39,948 nucleotides of DNA from a virus (Duplodnaviria > Caudoviricetes): positions 1 to 39,948 of the IMG/VR virus record IMGVR_UViG_3300020045_014696, one strand, 5' to 3'. Within the stretch, counting starts at the first letter, position 1. Each line of letters opens with the position of its first letter. A program made the translations under genes and the position numbers. This document shows positions 1 through 8,433 of the stretch, in pieces. Below the pieces are notes generated by a model, which saw nothing but the letters and a program-made list of their open reading frames with translations, was not told the origin of the DNA and made no database searches.

Positions 1-168
1 GATGCGATTGGAAAGGCCGATATCCCTACGCTCGAGGGCTATAGGGAAAAGCTCGCAACGTCCGACAAGTATACCGACGAGCAAAAAAAGGAGCTCGCTG
101 ATATGATAGAGAAACGAATTACCGAACTTAAAAATTCTAAAAATGAAAGTAATACCACGGAGAAATAG
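1..168 (+). CDS. C-terminal fragment of a protein, possibly a single-strand annealing recombinase (Bet/RecT/ERF-like)
   Basis: Frame 1 is open from base 1 (DAIGKADIPTLEGYREK...TTEK*) to TAG 166-168. Lies upstream of the nuclease and SSB genes, where annealing proteins usually sit; function is from synteny only. Confidence 0.4.
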   Translation, partial: DAIGKADIPTLEGYREKLATSDKYTDEQKKELADMIEKRITELKNSKNESNTTEK

Positions 169-415
169 GGTGAAAAGAAAGGCGAAAGAATTGAGGGCGA
201 TAGAAACTATTAGAGGACGTATGAGGTTTTTGGTTGAGGGTTATGTCAATCCAAGATTCCCGTTGTACTCACCGAAAGACCTTACCATGTTTCTGGGAAA
301 ATCTAGGCAGTTATGGGGTAAGGTTATTGGAAATGGGCAACTCGAGGCTTATTGGACTTCGGCGGGTCCGATTGTTACGACAGAGCAACTTGTTAAATTT
401 TACCAATTGCAATGA
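143..415 (+). CDS. Hypothetical protein
   Basis: 90-aa ORF with ATGA overlap into the next gene. Confidence 0.65.
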   Translation: MKVIPRRNRVKRKAKELRAIETIRGRMRFLVEGYVNPRFPLYSPKDLTMFLGKSRQLWGKVIGNGQLEAYWTSAGPIVTTEQLVKFYQLQ

Positions 416-1068
416 CCCCACGCCCATATCTTAGTTTTTCGCAGATGACTACGTTCGAAATGTCGCCAGAAAAATTTCTGGAGCGTTACATTTACGAAGA
501 AAAGGAGAGGATATCGCGTAATATGCAGTACGGTAGCATGTTGGCCAAAGGGTTGGAGTTTGAAGAGGCAACGGGCGATCCGTTTCTTGACCTTGTGATG
601 GAACGTTTACCAAAATTTGAGCGCATGGACCTTCCCGTGGAGGATCCGAAAGGATTCGAGGTTGAGGTTAACCGAAAAGGAGTGAAAATGAAGGTGAAGG
701 TCCCTGTGCTTAAGGATAAAGATGGAAATATTCCAATTCTCGCTCTTCCCGATACGGCGAAAGTGGATTATTCAGCATTCAAAGAATACAAAACGTCTGT
801 GCAAGGTTGGACACAAAGGAAAGCGGATGAATCGGGACAGATAAGTTTCTATGCAACTGCTATGTGGCTTGCGACGGGAAAGATTCCGAATGATATAGAG
901 CTTATCAATGCGAAAGTTGAGTATCAAGAAGATGGGTCCCTTGTGCCGACGGGTGAAATTTTACAGTTTAGAACACGCAGACATATGACAGATATCATCA
1001 AAATGACTTTGCGGATGCGAAAGGCGTGGGCGGGCATTAAGGAGCTTTGCAGTAATGAAATATTATAA
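412..1068 (+). CDS. PD-(D/E)XK superfamily nuclease (recombination exonuclease-like)
   Basis: N-terminal YLSFSQ, LPD...EYKT catalytic-like motif, QISFY; between putative annealing protein and SSB. Confidence 0.7.
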   Translation: MTPRPYLSFSQMTTFEMSPEKFLERYIYEEKERISRNMQYGSMLAKGLEFEEATGDPFLDLVMERLPKFERMDLPVEDPKGFEVEVNRKGVKMKVKVPVLKDKDGNIPILALPDTAKVDYSAFKEYKTSVQGWTQRKADESGQISFYATAMWLATGKIPNDIELINAKVEYQEDGSLVPTGEILQFRTRRHMTDIIKMTLRMRKAWAGIKELCSNEIL

Positions 1069-1083
1069 AATAATCGAATAGCA

Positions 1084-1509
1084 ATGTATATAAATAAATG
1101 TCAACTCTATGGAAATTTAACAAAAGACCCAGAGCTTAAGTCCTTACCGAGTGGGTCTGTGGTGTGCAATTTCACAGTAGCAACTAATCGAAAATGGAAA
1201 GATAAAAACAGCGGGGAGCAGAAAGAAGAACCGCAGTTTACGAATGTGGTTGTCTTTGGGAAAACGGCCGAGAATGTGGCGAAATATATGCGAAAAGGGA
1301 GTCCGATACTTGTTGAGGGCAGACTTCAAACACGATCTTGGGACGCAAAGGATGGGAGCAAGCGATATTCAACCGAAGTCTTTGCGGAACAGGTACAATT
1401 CGGGCCAAAGAGGGTAGGACAGGAAGAGTCTAGACAGGATGATGCGCAGACAACTGACCCTAATTATGGTGGAGTTGGGGAAATTAATCCTGATGATATT
1501 CCATTTTAG
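1084..1509 (+). CDS. ssb: Single-stranded DNA-binding protein
   Basis: NK..LYGNLTKDPELK, VEGRLQTRSW, acidic tail ending DDIPF. Confidence 0.97.
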   Translation: MYINKCQLYGNLTKDPELKSLPSGSVVCNFTVATNRKWKDKNSGEQKEEPQFTNVVVFGKTAENVAKYMRKGSPILVEGRLQTRSWDAKDGSKRYSTEVFAEQVQFGPKRVGQEESRQDDAQTTDPNYGGVGEINPDDIPF

Positions 1510-1510
1510 G

Positions 1511-1557
1511 TTATCCACTTTATGAAATTGAGTTAATTACCAAGCGCTCGGTATAAT
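1511..1557 (+). promoter_or_regulatory. Sigma70-type promoter with DnaA-box-like 9-mer and palindromic operator
   Basis: TTATCCACT 1511-1519; TTGAGT 1528-1533; TATAAT 1552-1557; operator TACCAAGCGCTCGGTA 1538-1553; ATG only 6 nt after the -10. Confidence 0.8.
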
Positions 1558-1563
1558 AATATC

Positions 1564-2280
1564 ATGGCACAACGTAGAATGTTCAGTAAAGATATAGTGA
1601 AATCAGACGCGTTTTTGGATATGCCTGTGAGTTCTCAGCTTCTGTATTTTCAACTTGGGATGGAGGCCGATGATGATGGTTTTATAGGCAATAGCAAGAT
1701 GATAATTCGGACGGCGGGAGCAAACGATGATGATATGAAAATACTCCTCACAAAGCGATTTCTATTACAGTTCAATAATGGGGTGATCGTGATTAAACAT
1801 TGGAAAATAAATAACTATATCCAAAAAGACAGATACAACGAAACTAAGTATTTAGAAGAAAAAAATAGCCTTATTACTAAGGAAAATGGAGCGTATACAG
1901 AACGTATACAGAATGTGTCCAGTTTGGAAACACAGGTAAGGTTAGGTAAGGTAAGGTTAGGTAAGGTTAGTATAGGTAAGGATAGAGATACTAGCGACGT
2001 AAAACCGTCGCAGGATATACCAGTTGTGATAGATATGTTCAAAGTTGTGAACCCTTCTTATAAAAAATGGTTCGGGAATAAAACACAGAGGGCGGCGACT
2101 GAGAGGTTGATAAAATATCACGGGGTTGAAAAGTTAAAAAAAATAATTGATCAACTTCCGAAATCGAATAACACAGATTACATGCCCGTTATTACAACTC
2201 CCGTTCAGCTCGAAGATAAAATGGCGCAACTCGCGGCTGCCTGGCAGAAATTAAAAAATAAAGGTCCGTTGATTATATGA
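1564..2280 (+). CDS. Phage replication initiator (replisome organizer)
   Basis: MAQRRMFSKDIV.SDAFLDMP.SSQLLYF.LGM.ADDDGF N-terminus typical of phage replisome organizers; internal repeats. Confidence 0.85.
   Translation: MAQRRMFSKDIVKSDAFLDMPVSSQLLYFQLGMEADDDGFIGNSKMIIRTAGANDDDMKILLTKRFLLQFNNGVIVIKHWKINNYIQKDRYNETKYLEEKNSLITKENGAYTERIQNVSSLETQVRLGKVRLGKVSIGKDRDTSDVKPSQDIPVVIDMFKVVNPSYKKWFGNKTQRAATERLIKYHGVEKLKKIIDQLPKSNNTDYMPVITTPVQLEDKMAQLAAAWQKLKNKGPLII
1893..1985. repeat. Iteron-like repeats, probable replication origin within the initiator gene
   Basis: 11-bp tandem units GTATACAGAAC/GTATACAGAAT/GTGTCCAGTTT (1893-1925), then ten 5-mers GTWAG-like (1936-1985). Confidence 0.65.
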
Positions 2281-2720
2281 AAGACGAAAAGCGATATTTC
2301 AAAGTTAAATTTGGATTTACGGTTTCTGACCAGGTATCGATCGAAGAACATGATTTGGAACGTGCCATCTTTGCTCAGGTGAAAGGAATACCTGTTCAGT
2401 TAGGAACTTCGTATGTCAATGGAAAAAATATTATCAGCATCACCCCTCATTGGCACAAGCATACTGGTTGGTACGATTACTACGAGCCAGAAAGTGGCGA
2501 TGATTGGAAACAGATCGAGCGAGATTGTCCGAGTTATGAGGGTATCATCGAGCATTATAAAAATCGTGTTCAATATCTTTTGCAGTCTGGTCAGGTCCAC
2601 CTCATTGGTAAAAATGTAGAAATACCCGAGGTCCCAAAAGTGTTATCTGGGTCTAAAAAGGTCGATGGGAGTATTTCGCAAGAGGTCAAAGAACTTGCGG
2701 AAAAAATGCGGATCGAGTAG
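2277..2720 (+). CDS. Hypothetical protein, translationally coupled to the initiator
   Basis: 147-aa ORF, ATGA overlap with the initiator gene. Confidence 0.75.
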   Translation: MKDEKRYFKVKFGFTVSDQVSIEEHDLERAIFAQVKGIPVQLGTSYVNGKNIISITPHWHKHTGWYDYYEPESGDDWKQIERDCPSYEGIIEHYKNRVQYLLQSGQVHLIGKNVEIPEVPKVLSGSKKVDGSISQEVKELAEKMRIE

Positions 2721-2744
2721 GTAATTATTAGTAAGGAAAAAATA

Positions 2745-2918
2745 ATGAAGTCGATACTGGCGTGCAAGCTTGATAAACGAAAGGAACCGTATATGCGGAA
2801 GCATCAAATGGTTTTAGCGAATGATGCGTATGGAAATAAATTTTTGGTTTGTGAAAAATGCGGGGCTTGTCCCGTGGAGATGGGAAAGTTGAGGAAGACG
2901 GGTGAAGTTAAAAGTTAA
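2745..2918 (+). CDS. Small Cys-rich hypothetical protein (57 aa, not in ORF track)
   Basis: MKSILACKLDKRK...LVCEKCGACP...VKS*; fills the gap. Confidence 0.55.
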   Translation: MKSILACKLDKRKEPYMRKHQMVLANDAYGNKFLVCEKCGACPVEMGKLRKTGEVKS

Positions 2919-2929
2919 GTAAAAATTAT

Positions 2930-3139
2930 ATGGGCGCAACAGGAAAGTATTACTCGGTAGTAGCTCCAGTCGGAAGTAGTTCGATAGTTAATCTTTTGGA
3001 TGAGAAAGAATTGCGAGCTTTGGCAAACAGAGCGAATACTGCAGGTGATCCAGTCTGGGCGGAAAAAATTGACAAAGATCCGATAGAGTCAGTAGTCGAA
3101 TGGCTCGAGCAGATAGGTTATAACATCACAATACGATGA
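2930..3139 (+). CDS. Hypothetical protein
   Basis: 69 aa, AT-rich start context, ATGA overlap downstream. Confidence 0.7.
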   Translation: MGATGKYYSVVAPVGSSSIVNLLDEKELRALANRANTAGDPVWAEKIDKDPIESVVEWLEQIGYNITIR

Positions 3140-3489
3140 GCCTTCATTCGCTAGTCAAAGATTATCTCGAAAATGAGGTTCAGTTTCGGGAGAGAAAAAA
3201 TAAGGACCGAGGTATTATGAATATTTTAGTAACTCGGCACGGTCTTACATCCCTTGTTAAAGATGGGATTATAACCAAAGAAAAACTTGTCAGGTTGATT
3301 CAGGATTATACGGTGATGGATCGCGCGTGGAGGCAGATACTTGAACAAACGCCGTACCTACGCGGAAGTGATTACAAGAAAAAAGACGAGCTTGAAAATA
3401 AAAAGTTGGTTTCGCTTGGGTATAGGTCCAGAGAATCGGGCTCGTGTGAAGTCTTTGAAAGAGAGGCAAGGCAGGAAAAACTTATATGA
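3136..3489 (+). CDS. Hypothetical protein
   Basis: 117 aa, coupled to recA by ATGA overlap. Confidence 0.75.
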   Translation: MSLHSLVKDYLENEVQFRERKNKDRGIMNILVTRHGLTSLVKDGIITKEKLVRLIQDYTVMDRAWRQILEQTPYLRGSDYKKKDELENKKLVSLGYRSRESGSCEVFEREARQEKLI

Positions 3490-4463
3490 AAAAACCGAAA
3501 TTATCTGATACGTTAGCAACAATAAAAAAACGCTTTGGGAGCGAATCTGTGATGATGTTAAATGAAAAACCTAGTGTCGATATCGATACTATTCCTACAG
3601 GGTCTATCGGTTTAGATCGGGCGCTTGGGGTGGGTGGTTTGCCTAGAGGTCGAATTGTGGAGATTTTTGGACCCGAGGCTTCGGGCAAAACGACCCTTGC
3701 TTTGCACGTAATCGCCGAGGCGCAGAGAAAGGGTGGCATGTGTGTTTTTATTGACGCAGAACACGCATTAGACCCCTTATACGCGAAGCGTATCGGGGTT
3801 GTAACCGAGGAATTGGTCATATCACAACCAAATGGAGGTGAAGAAGCGCTACAAATCGTCCAACAGTTCGTGAAAGATGGGACAGTTTCGGTGGTGGTTG
3901 TGGACTCGGTTGCGGCGCTTACGCCACGCTCCGAGATCGATGGGCAGATTGGTGATATGAGTATGGGGGCGCAGGCGCGCCTTATGAGTCAGGCGATGCG
4001 GATGCTCACGGGTGAAATCTCACGGACAAATACCTTGGTAATTTTTATTAATCAGATTCGCACAAATATCGGAGGTTATGGAAATCCTGAAACGACCGCG
4101 GGGGGTAGAGCATTAAAATTTTATGCTTCTGTCCGTATCGACATTAGGCGCACGGCGGTAATAAAGTCAGGTGATGAATCTATCGGGTCGCAGTCGAAAG
4201 CGAAGGTTGTGAAGAATAAAGTTGCAGCACCATTCCGAGAGGCAGAATTTCAGATTATGTATGGTGAAGGCATATCAAAGGCGGGAGAGATTTTGACTTT
4301 GGGTGAAATGTTAAAGGTCGTTGAAAAAAGTGGGTCGCATTACAGTTATGGTGATACGAAGCTTGGGAATGGGTATGATGCTTCGAGAAAATTCCTTCGA
4401 GAAAATACGACTGTTATGGACATGATCGCAGACGAAATTAGAAAAATTCATGCCGATATATAA
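3486..4463 (+). CDS. recA: RecA recombinase
   Basis: [21 protein letters not shown] (Walker A), [48 protein letters not shown]. Confidence 0.98.
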   Translation: MKKPKLSDTLATIKKRFGSESVMMLNEKPSVDIDTIPTGSIGLDRALGVGGLPRGRIVEIFGPEASGKTTLALHVIAEAQRKGGMCVFIDAEHALDPLYAKRIGVVTEELVISQPNGGEEALQIVQQFVKDGTVSVVVVDSVAALTPRSEIDGQIGDMSMGAQARLMSQAMRMLTGEISRTNTLVIFINQIRTNIGGYGNPETTAGGRALKFYASVRIDIRRTAVIKSGDESIGSQSKAKVVKNKVAAPFREAEFQIMYGEGISKAGEILTLGEMLKVVEKSGSHYSYGDTKLGNGYDASRKFLRENTTVMDMIADEIRKIHADI

Positions 4464-4464
4464 C

Positions 4465-4617
4465 ATGAAAAAGAAACAGGTAAAAAGGGTTACGAAGGTA
4501 GAGCGGGGCTTGATTGTTCTGGCGAATTACCTCGAAGACCCGTGCCACGACCAGTATCGAGTGCGCGATCAGATTTTAGAAATCCTTGGCCTTGAAGAAA
4601 TTAAAAAGCACATCTAA
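4465..4617 (+). CDS. Small hypothetical protein (50 aa)
   Basis: MKKKQVKRVTKVERGLIVLANYLEDP...KKHI*, starts right after recA. Confidence 0.55.
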   Translation: MKKKQVKRVTKVERGLIVLANYLEDPCHDQYRVRDQILEILGLEEIKKHI

Positions 4618-4627
4618 CCCCTCTACT

Positions 4628-4744
4628 ATGGAAAAGGAAAAAACAAAAGAGTTCCCCGAAGGAAAAGAAAACTACTGCCCCCAGTGTTACTTTGAAGATG
4701 AAAAGGTCGTTTTAAGAGCAGATTGCAAAGGCCATGCCAAATGA
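4628..4744 (+). CDS. Small CxxC protein (38 aa)
   Basis: MEKEKTKEFPEGKENYCPQCYFED...CKGHAK*. Confidence 0.45.
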   Translation: MEKEKTKEFPEGKENYCPQCYFEDEKVVLRADCKGHAK

Positions 4745-4883
4745 ACCAGAGAGGAGGATAGAAAGAGAGGTTGAACTGGCGATATTTGAACTGAACGTAC
4801 TTTATTACCCTCATAGAAGTTTCGAGCTTAGGAATCTCGAAGTCATCCAACAGGAGGGGAGATTAAATAAAAAAGATGAGTAA
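4734..4883 (+). CDS. Small hypothetical protein (49 aa)
   Basis: MPNEPERRIEREVELAIFELN...KKDE*, overlaps both neighbours. Confidence 0.4.
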   Translation: MPNEPERRIEREVELAIFELNVLYYPHRSFELRNLEVIQQEGRLNKKDE

Positions 4884-5028
4884 ACTTTACTGTCCAAAGT
4901 GTAACAAGGTAATCACGCGCGACCTTCGTCTTAGAAGTTCAAAGCGGTTTATGTCGAAACGTGGTTACAAGTCTTTCTGTGAAAAAGCGGGCCAAACGGT
5001 ATTTTTAAAAACTAGCTCAAATGCCTAA
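4876..5028 (+). CDS. Small CxxC protein (50 aa)
   Basis: MSKLYCPKCNKVITRDLR...SFCEK...SNA*. Confidence 0.55.
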   Translation: MSKLYCPKCNKVITRDLRLRSSKRFMSKRGYKSFCEKAGQTVFLKTSSNA

Positions 5029-5033
5029 ATAAC

Positions 5034-5531
5034 ATGACCCCCCAAGAGAAAAACCCAGAATGTAAAGAGTGTGGTCTACTTAAAAGCACTGTGTTGTCTA
5101 CAGGTGCGGCCTGTGTTGAAGTGGACGAGAATGTTCACGACTTTGGCGATTCCCCACCCCCTAAAGAAAGTTGGGAGGAAAGATTGCGAGACTTGTATCT
5201 GATTTCTTCTCCTGACGAGGATGGTTTAATTACCGATAGCATTCTTTTTGAATGGGCGAGATTTAGTATAGAACCCCGCACGAAAAATAAGATTGAGTTT
5301 TACTTAACGACAAGAGAATCCATCGAGGATTTTATCCGATCCACCCTCTCCTCCTACAAGCAAGAACTGGTGAAGGTGATTGAGAAAGCGATACCGAAAA
5401 AGAGGAAAGCCGACCGAGTATGCACTCACTATCAGGATAATTGCTCCTGCTATACCGAGCGTGATGTTCAGCAGTTTAATGAGTGTGTTGAATTATTCCG
5501 TGCCGCTTTTTCCAAATTAAACAAAAAATAA
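5034..5531 (+). CDS. Hypothetical protein
   Basis: 165 aa with CKEC and Cys/His clusters. Confidence 0.7.
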   Translation: MTPQEKNPECKECGLLKSTVLSTGAACVEVDENVHDFGDSPPPKESWEERLRDLYLISSPDEDGLITDSILFEWARFSIEPRTKNKIEFYLTTRESIEDFIRSTLSSYKQELVKVIEKAIPKKRKADRVCTHYQDNCSCYTERDVQQFNECVELFRAAFSKLNKK

Positions 5532-5534
5532 GCG

Positions 5535-5711
5535 ATGAAAAAAGTTAAACAAATATATCTCACAGAGAAAGAGGTAGGTTATGCAGGCACAGGTTTGATT
5601 TTGGAACTAGAGGACGGCACGTTTCTTGCTCATTACAGTACCGACCCTATAAAACCCTTTGAGAAGATTGACCCCGACCTCCTCTCCCCCACCCCCATTA
5701 AAAGCTCATAG
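5535..5711 (+). CDS. Small hypothetical protein (58 aa)
   Basis: MKKVKQIYLTEKEVGYAGTGLILELEDGTF...KSS*; fills the gap. Confidence 0.6.
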   Translation: MKKVKQIYLTEKEVGYAGTGLILELEDGTFLAHYSTDPIKPFEKIDPDLLSPTPIKSS

Positions 5712-5714
5712 AAT

Positions 5715-5945
5715 GTGATGAAGATAAAAGAAGGATACAATGGAAAAGTATTAGAAATCCGCATAGGTGGTAGGCGAAATGGCACGGCTGAACTTTGGAT
5801 TGTGCAAAATGGTTTACCTGAAGAGGTAGATGTTTCTCGCTACAAAGAGACTCTTTCCTATGCTTCTTTGCAGGAACTCGTCGAACTGAAAAAGGAAATT
5901 GAAGATGCTATTCTTGAAATTACTGGAATAAATCGCACTTACTAA
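5715..5945 (+). CDS. Hypothetical protein
   Basis: 76-aa ORF (start may be ATG 5718). Confidence 0.7.
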   Translation: MMKIKEGYNGKVLEIRIGGRRNGTAELWIVQNGLPEEVDVSRYKETLSYASLQELVELKKEIEDAILEITGINRTY

Positions 5946-5947
5946 CC

Positions 5948-6343
5948 ATGACCCTCCTAGAAACAATCCAACAAGGCCAGAGGGAGTTTGAGAGAATGAA
6001 ACTCCGAAAATTTAGAGTCATGAACGGCCTATGCGCCACCTGCGGCGCTCGCTTTAGTGAACACGATTTAGGAAATAAGCCAGTTACGACTCACTCTTTC
6101 GACACTGGAATTGACGCCGCGTGCTTCGATGAAGTTGAATACGTCAACACTTTTGCCCTCGCCCTCCTACGGGCGGTGGTGGAAGAAATTGGAGAAGATA
6201 AAGATTTGGAAGCGATAGACCTAGATGACGACATGAAGTGGGGAACTGAAAGAGTGCGAGATATGTGGTCAGGGAGAAATGAAGAAAAAGCCCGCCTCCG
6301 CACCTCCCTCACCGAGATTATAAATAAGTTGGAGAAGAGATGA
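5948..6343 (+). CDS. Hypothetical protein with CATC/H motif
   Basis: 131 aa; ATGA overlap with the next gene. Confidence 0.7.
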   Translation: MTLLETIQQGQREFERMKLRKFRVMNGLCATCGARFSEHDLGNKPVTTHSFDTGIDAACFDEVEYVNTFALALLRAVVEEIGEDKDLEAIDLDDDMKWGTERVRDMWSGRNEEKARLRTSLTEIINKLEKR

Positions 6344-6717
6344 CCTATTTTCAACGATCAGGGAACAAATATCGGGCAAAGAGTACAGAGTATGGCGGTC
6401 ATGTTTATCATTCAAAACTTGAGGCGGCGTATGCTTGTGAGTTGGATCTCCGTAAAAAAGCAAAAGACATCAAAGATTGGGAGCGTCAAGTTAAGTTGGA
6501 CCTTCGTGTAAATGGTGTCCATATCACGAATTATTATATTGATTTTATTGTTACTCACAACGATGAGAGTCGAGAGTATGTAGAGGTAAAGGGTATGGAA
6601 ATGGAAGTGTGGAAAATCAAGTGGGCGATTCTCGAGGCGGTTTTCGACACAGATTTTCGGAAACATCCTGATGATAAGCTTATGGTGATAAAACAAAGTT
6701 CGATGAGGTTCAGGTAG
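6340..6717 (+). CDS. DUF1064-like PD-(D/E)XK endonuclease
   Basis: NKYRAK...HSKLEA.Y...YYIDF...VEVKG pattern. Confidence 0.8.
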   Translation: MTYFQRSGNKYRAKSTEYGGHVYHSKLEAAYACELDLRKKAKDIKDWERQVKLDLRVNGVHITNYYIDFIVTHNDESREYVEVKGMEMEVWKIKWAILEAVFDTDFRKHPDDKLMVIKQSSMRFR

Positions 6718-6730
6718 TTCTAAAAGAATA

Positions 6731-6759
6731 TTTACTTAGCCGACCGCTTGGTATAAAAT
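6731..6759 (+). promoter_or_regulatory. Promoter with palindromic operator
   Basis: TTTACT 6731-6736, 17-nt spacer, TAAAAT 6754-6759; operator AGCCGACCGCTTGGTA 6738-6753. Confidence 0.75.
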
Positions 6760-6769
6760 ATATATATAT

Positions 6770-7315
6770 ATGGTAAAGGCACAAAAAAAGAAAGAGGTAC
6801 ACTTAAAACCTAAGTCAGAAATGATAACGCGAACTGATCCATTTGCGGCTGTAGTAAAAGCAGGACCTGATGGGAAGAAATGGCTATATGTTAAGAGTTT
6901 GCGTTGGTATCGTTTTCAGATATCAAAATTCAAAGAGGGAGACGAGGTTACTCTTGAGGTTCATTCAAAAAAACCGAAGCGTACGGAGGCGCAGAATAGG
7001 TATTATTTCGGGGTTTATTTACCATTGGTGTCGGCAGAAACAGGTGAGAGTGATATTAATAAATTGCACGAATTATTTAAAGGAAAGTTTTTGACTGAAG
7101 AGGTTGCGGAAGTGCTTGGACAAAAGGTTCGTATAAAAAAGAGTACGACAGAACTTAATGTTGGAGAGTTTTGCAAATATATTATGGATATAGAAGCTGA
7201 AACTCGGGTACAGGCACCACCAACAGAAAACTATGGGCTTGCGCCACTCCAAAGGGAGAGCGAAGTGGTCGCTGGTTATAAGTACCCTGAAGAAGAATTG
7301 ACCCCGTTATTTTAA
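6770..7315 (+). CDS. NinB/Orf-like recombination protein
   Basis: RT.AQNRYY.GV, LHE.FK, KSTTEL...EF..YI..I motifs. Confidence 0.7.
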   Translation: MVKAQKKKEVHLKPKSEMITRTDPFAAVVKAGPDGKKWLYVKSLRWYRFQISKFKEGDEVTLEVHSKKPKRTEAQNRYYFGVYLPLVSAETGESDINKLHELFKGKFLTEEVAEVLGQKVRIKKSTTELNVGEFCKYIMDIEAETRVQAPPTENYGLAPLQRESEVVAGYKYPEEELTPLF

Positions 7316-7319
7316 TTAT

Positions 7320-7973
7320 ATGAAAGAAACATACTGGAGAAAGGCAAATTTAGAATTTTTTCGAGGCGTATTGATATCGCAAGGAAAAAGGAAAAAGAAA
7401 CTTCTTGATATCGGATCGGGGAACGAGCCGTTTAAAGACCTGACGCGTCGTGGTTTTGATGTTACGACTTTCGATATAAGACAATTTGGGAATACTGATA
7501 TTGTGGCAGATTTAAATATGAAGTGGCCTGTTGAATCGTCCACTTTTCATGTTGTTTATATGTCTAATACGTTAGAGCATATTTTTAATCCAGCGAATGT
7601 TTTTTATGAGTCATACAGGGTGTTAAAACGTGGGGGGTTAATCGTTGGGACGGTGCCATTTATGAAGACACCCCATCAGGTGCCTTATGACTATCATAGA
7701 TATACCGCTTATGCGTTGAGGGATTATCTTAAGGGGAGTAATTTTAGTGAGATAGAAATATTTCCGATATCGAACGTCTTTAATGGGTTTATGGAAACGC
7801 TTCATCAAATTACGGAAAAGTATCAGAGCGAGGAAAAAAAGAAAAAATTGTCGTTCAAAATAGCTAAGCGTGTCATTTATAATGCATTCCGATTTTTTGG
7901 TAAATATATCCAACCAGAAATAAGTGTAGATTTTTGTGAGGGGTATGGTTTCACAGCAAGGAAGAGAACTTGA
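7320..7973 (+). CDS. Class I SAM-dependent methyltransferase (Methyltransf_11-like)
   Basis: LLDIGSG motif I, LEHI.NP, RVLKRGG, PF...H..PYDYHRYT. Confidence 0.88.
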   Translation: MKETYWRKANLEFFRGVLISQGKRKKKLLDIGSGNEPFKDLTRRGFDVTTFDIRQFGNTDIVADLNMKWPVESSTFHVVYMSNTLEHIFNPANVFYESYRVLKRGGLIVGTVPFMKTPHQVPYDYHRYTAYALRDYLKGSNFSEIEIFPISNVFNGFMETLHQITEKYQSEEKKKKLSFKIAKRVIYNAFRFFGKYIQPEISVDFCEGYGFTARKRT

Positions 7974-8018
7974 ATATCCACAGTTTTGTTTGATTGTGCC
8001 GACTGCTTGGTATAAAAT
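7974..8018 (+). promoter_or_regulatory. Promoter with DnaA-box-like 9-mer and palindromic operator
   Basis: ATATCCACA 7974-7982; TTGATT 7990-7995; 17-nt spacer; TAAAAT 8013-8018; operator TGCCGACTGCTTGGTA 7997-8012. Confidence 0.78.
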
Positions 8019-8032
8019 AATGTTACGTTAAT

Positions 8033-8194
8033 ATGAAATACAAAAATAAAAAACTTAATTCTGCTGCGGTTGCGCTTGGTAGGAAAGGTGGCCAGGAAAC
8101 GGCCAAACGTGGGAAGCGTTATATGACAAAGCTTGCGAAGATGGCGGCTAAGGCTCGTTGGGAACCAGAAAAAAATCAAACAATTAAAAGTTAA
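8033..8194 (+). CDS. Small basic KGG-motif protein (53 aa, not in ORF track); candidate DNA-binding regulator
   Basis: MKYKNKKLNSAAVALGRKGGQETAKRGKRYMTKLAKMAAKARWEPEKNQTIKS*; matches the AAVALGRKGG...A.KAAKARW pattern of small phage proteins; first gene after an operator-bearing promoter. Confidence 0.8.
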   Translation: MKYKNKKLNSAAVALGRKGGQETAKRGKRYMTKLAKMAAKARWEPEKNQTIKS

Positions 8195-8205
8195 TTTTTT
8201 GTGTT

Positions 8206-8427
8206 ATGACACCAGATGAGATTCTTGAGTCGAAGTTGAAGGATGCAGATCGGGAGATTAAAAAAATTCTTGGTAAGTATGGATTTGCTCTTACGGCGAT
8301 TCCGTTTATTGAGAATGATGGGAGAGTCATGGCAAGACCAGTTCTGGCAGTTTTGAGGGATGATAAGAAGGAAGTCCCTGACTCGGTAGATTCAGGTACA
8401 CCGTCAGATATTGCTAAAGCGGATTAG
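8206..8427 (+). CDS. Hypothetical protein
   Basis: 73-aa ORF in operon context. Confidence 0.7.
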   Translation: MTPDEILESKLKDADREIKKILGKYGFALTAIPFIENDGRVMARPVLAVLRDDKKEVPDSVDSGTPSDIAKAD

Positions 8428-8433
8428 AGATTT

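Noticed and set aside
8073-8082. Operator half-site GCGCTTGGTA inside the KGG ORF
   Set aside because: Explained by Ala-Leu-Gly codons; the left half does not match the dyad.
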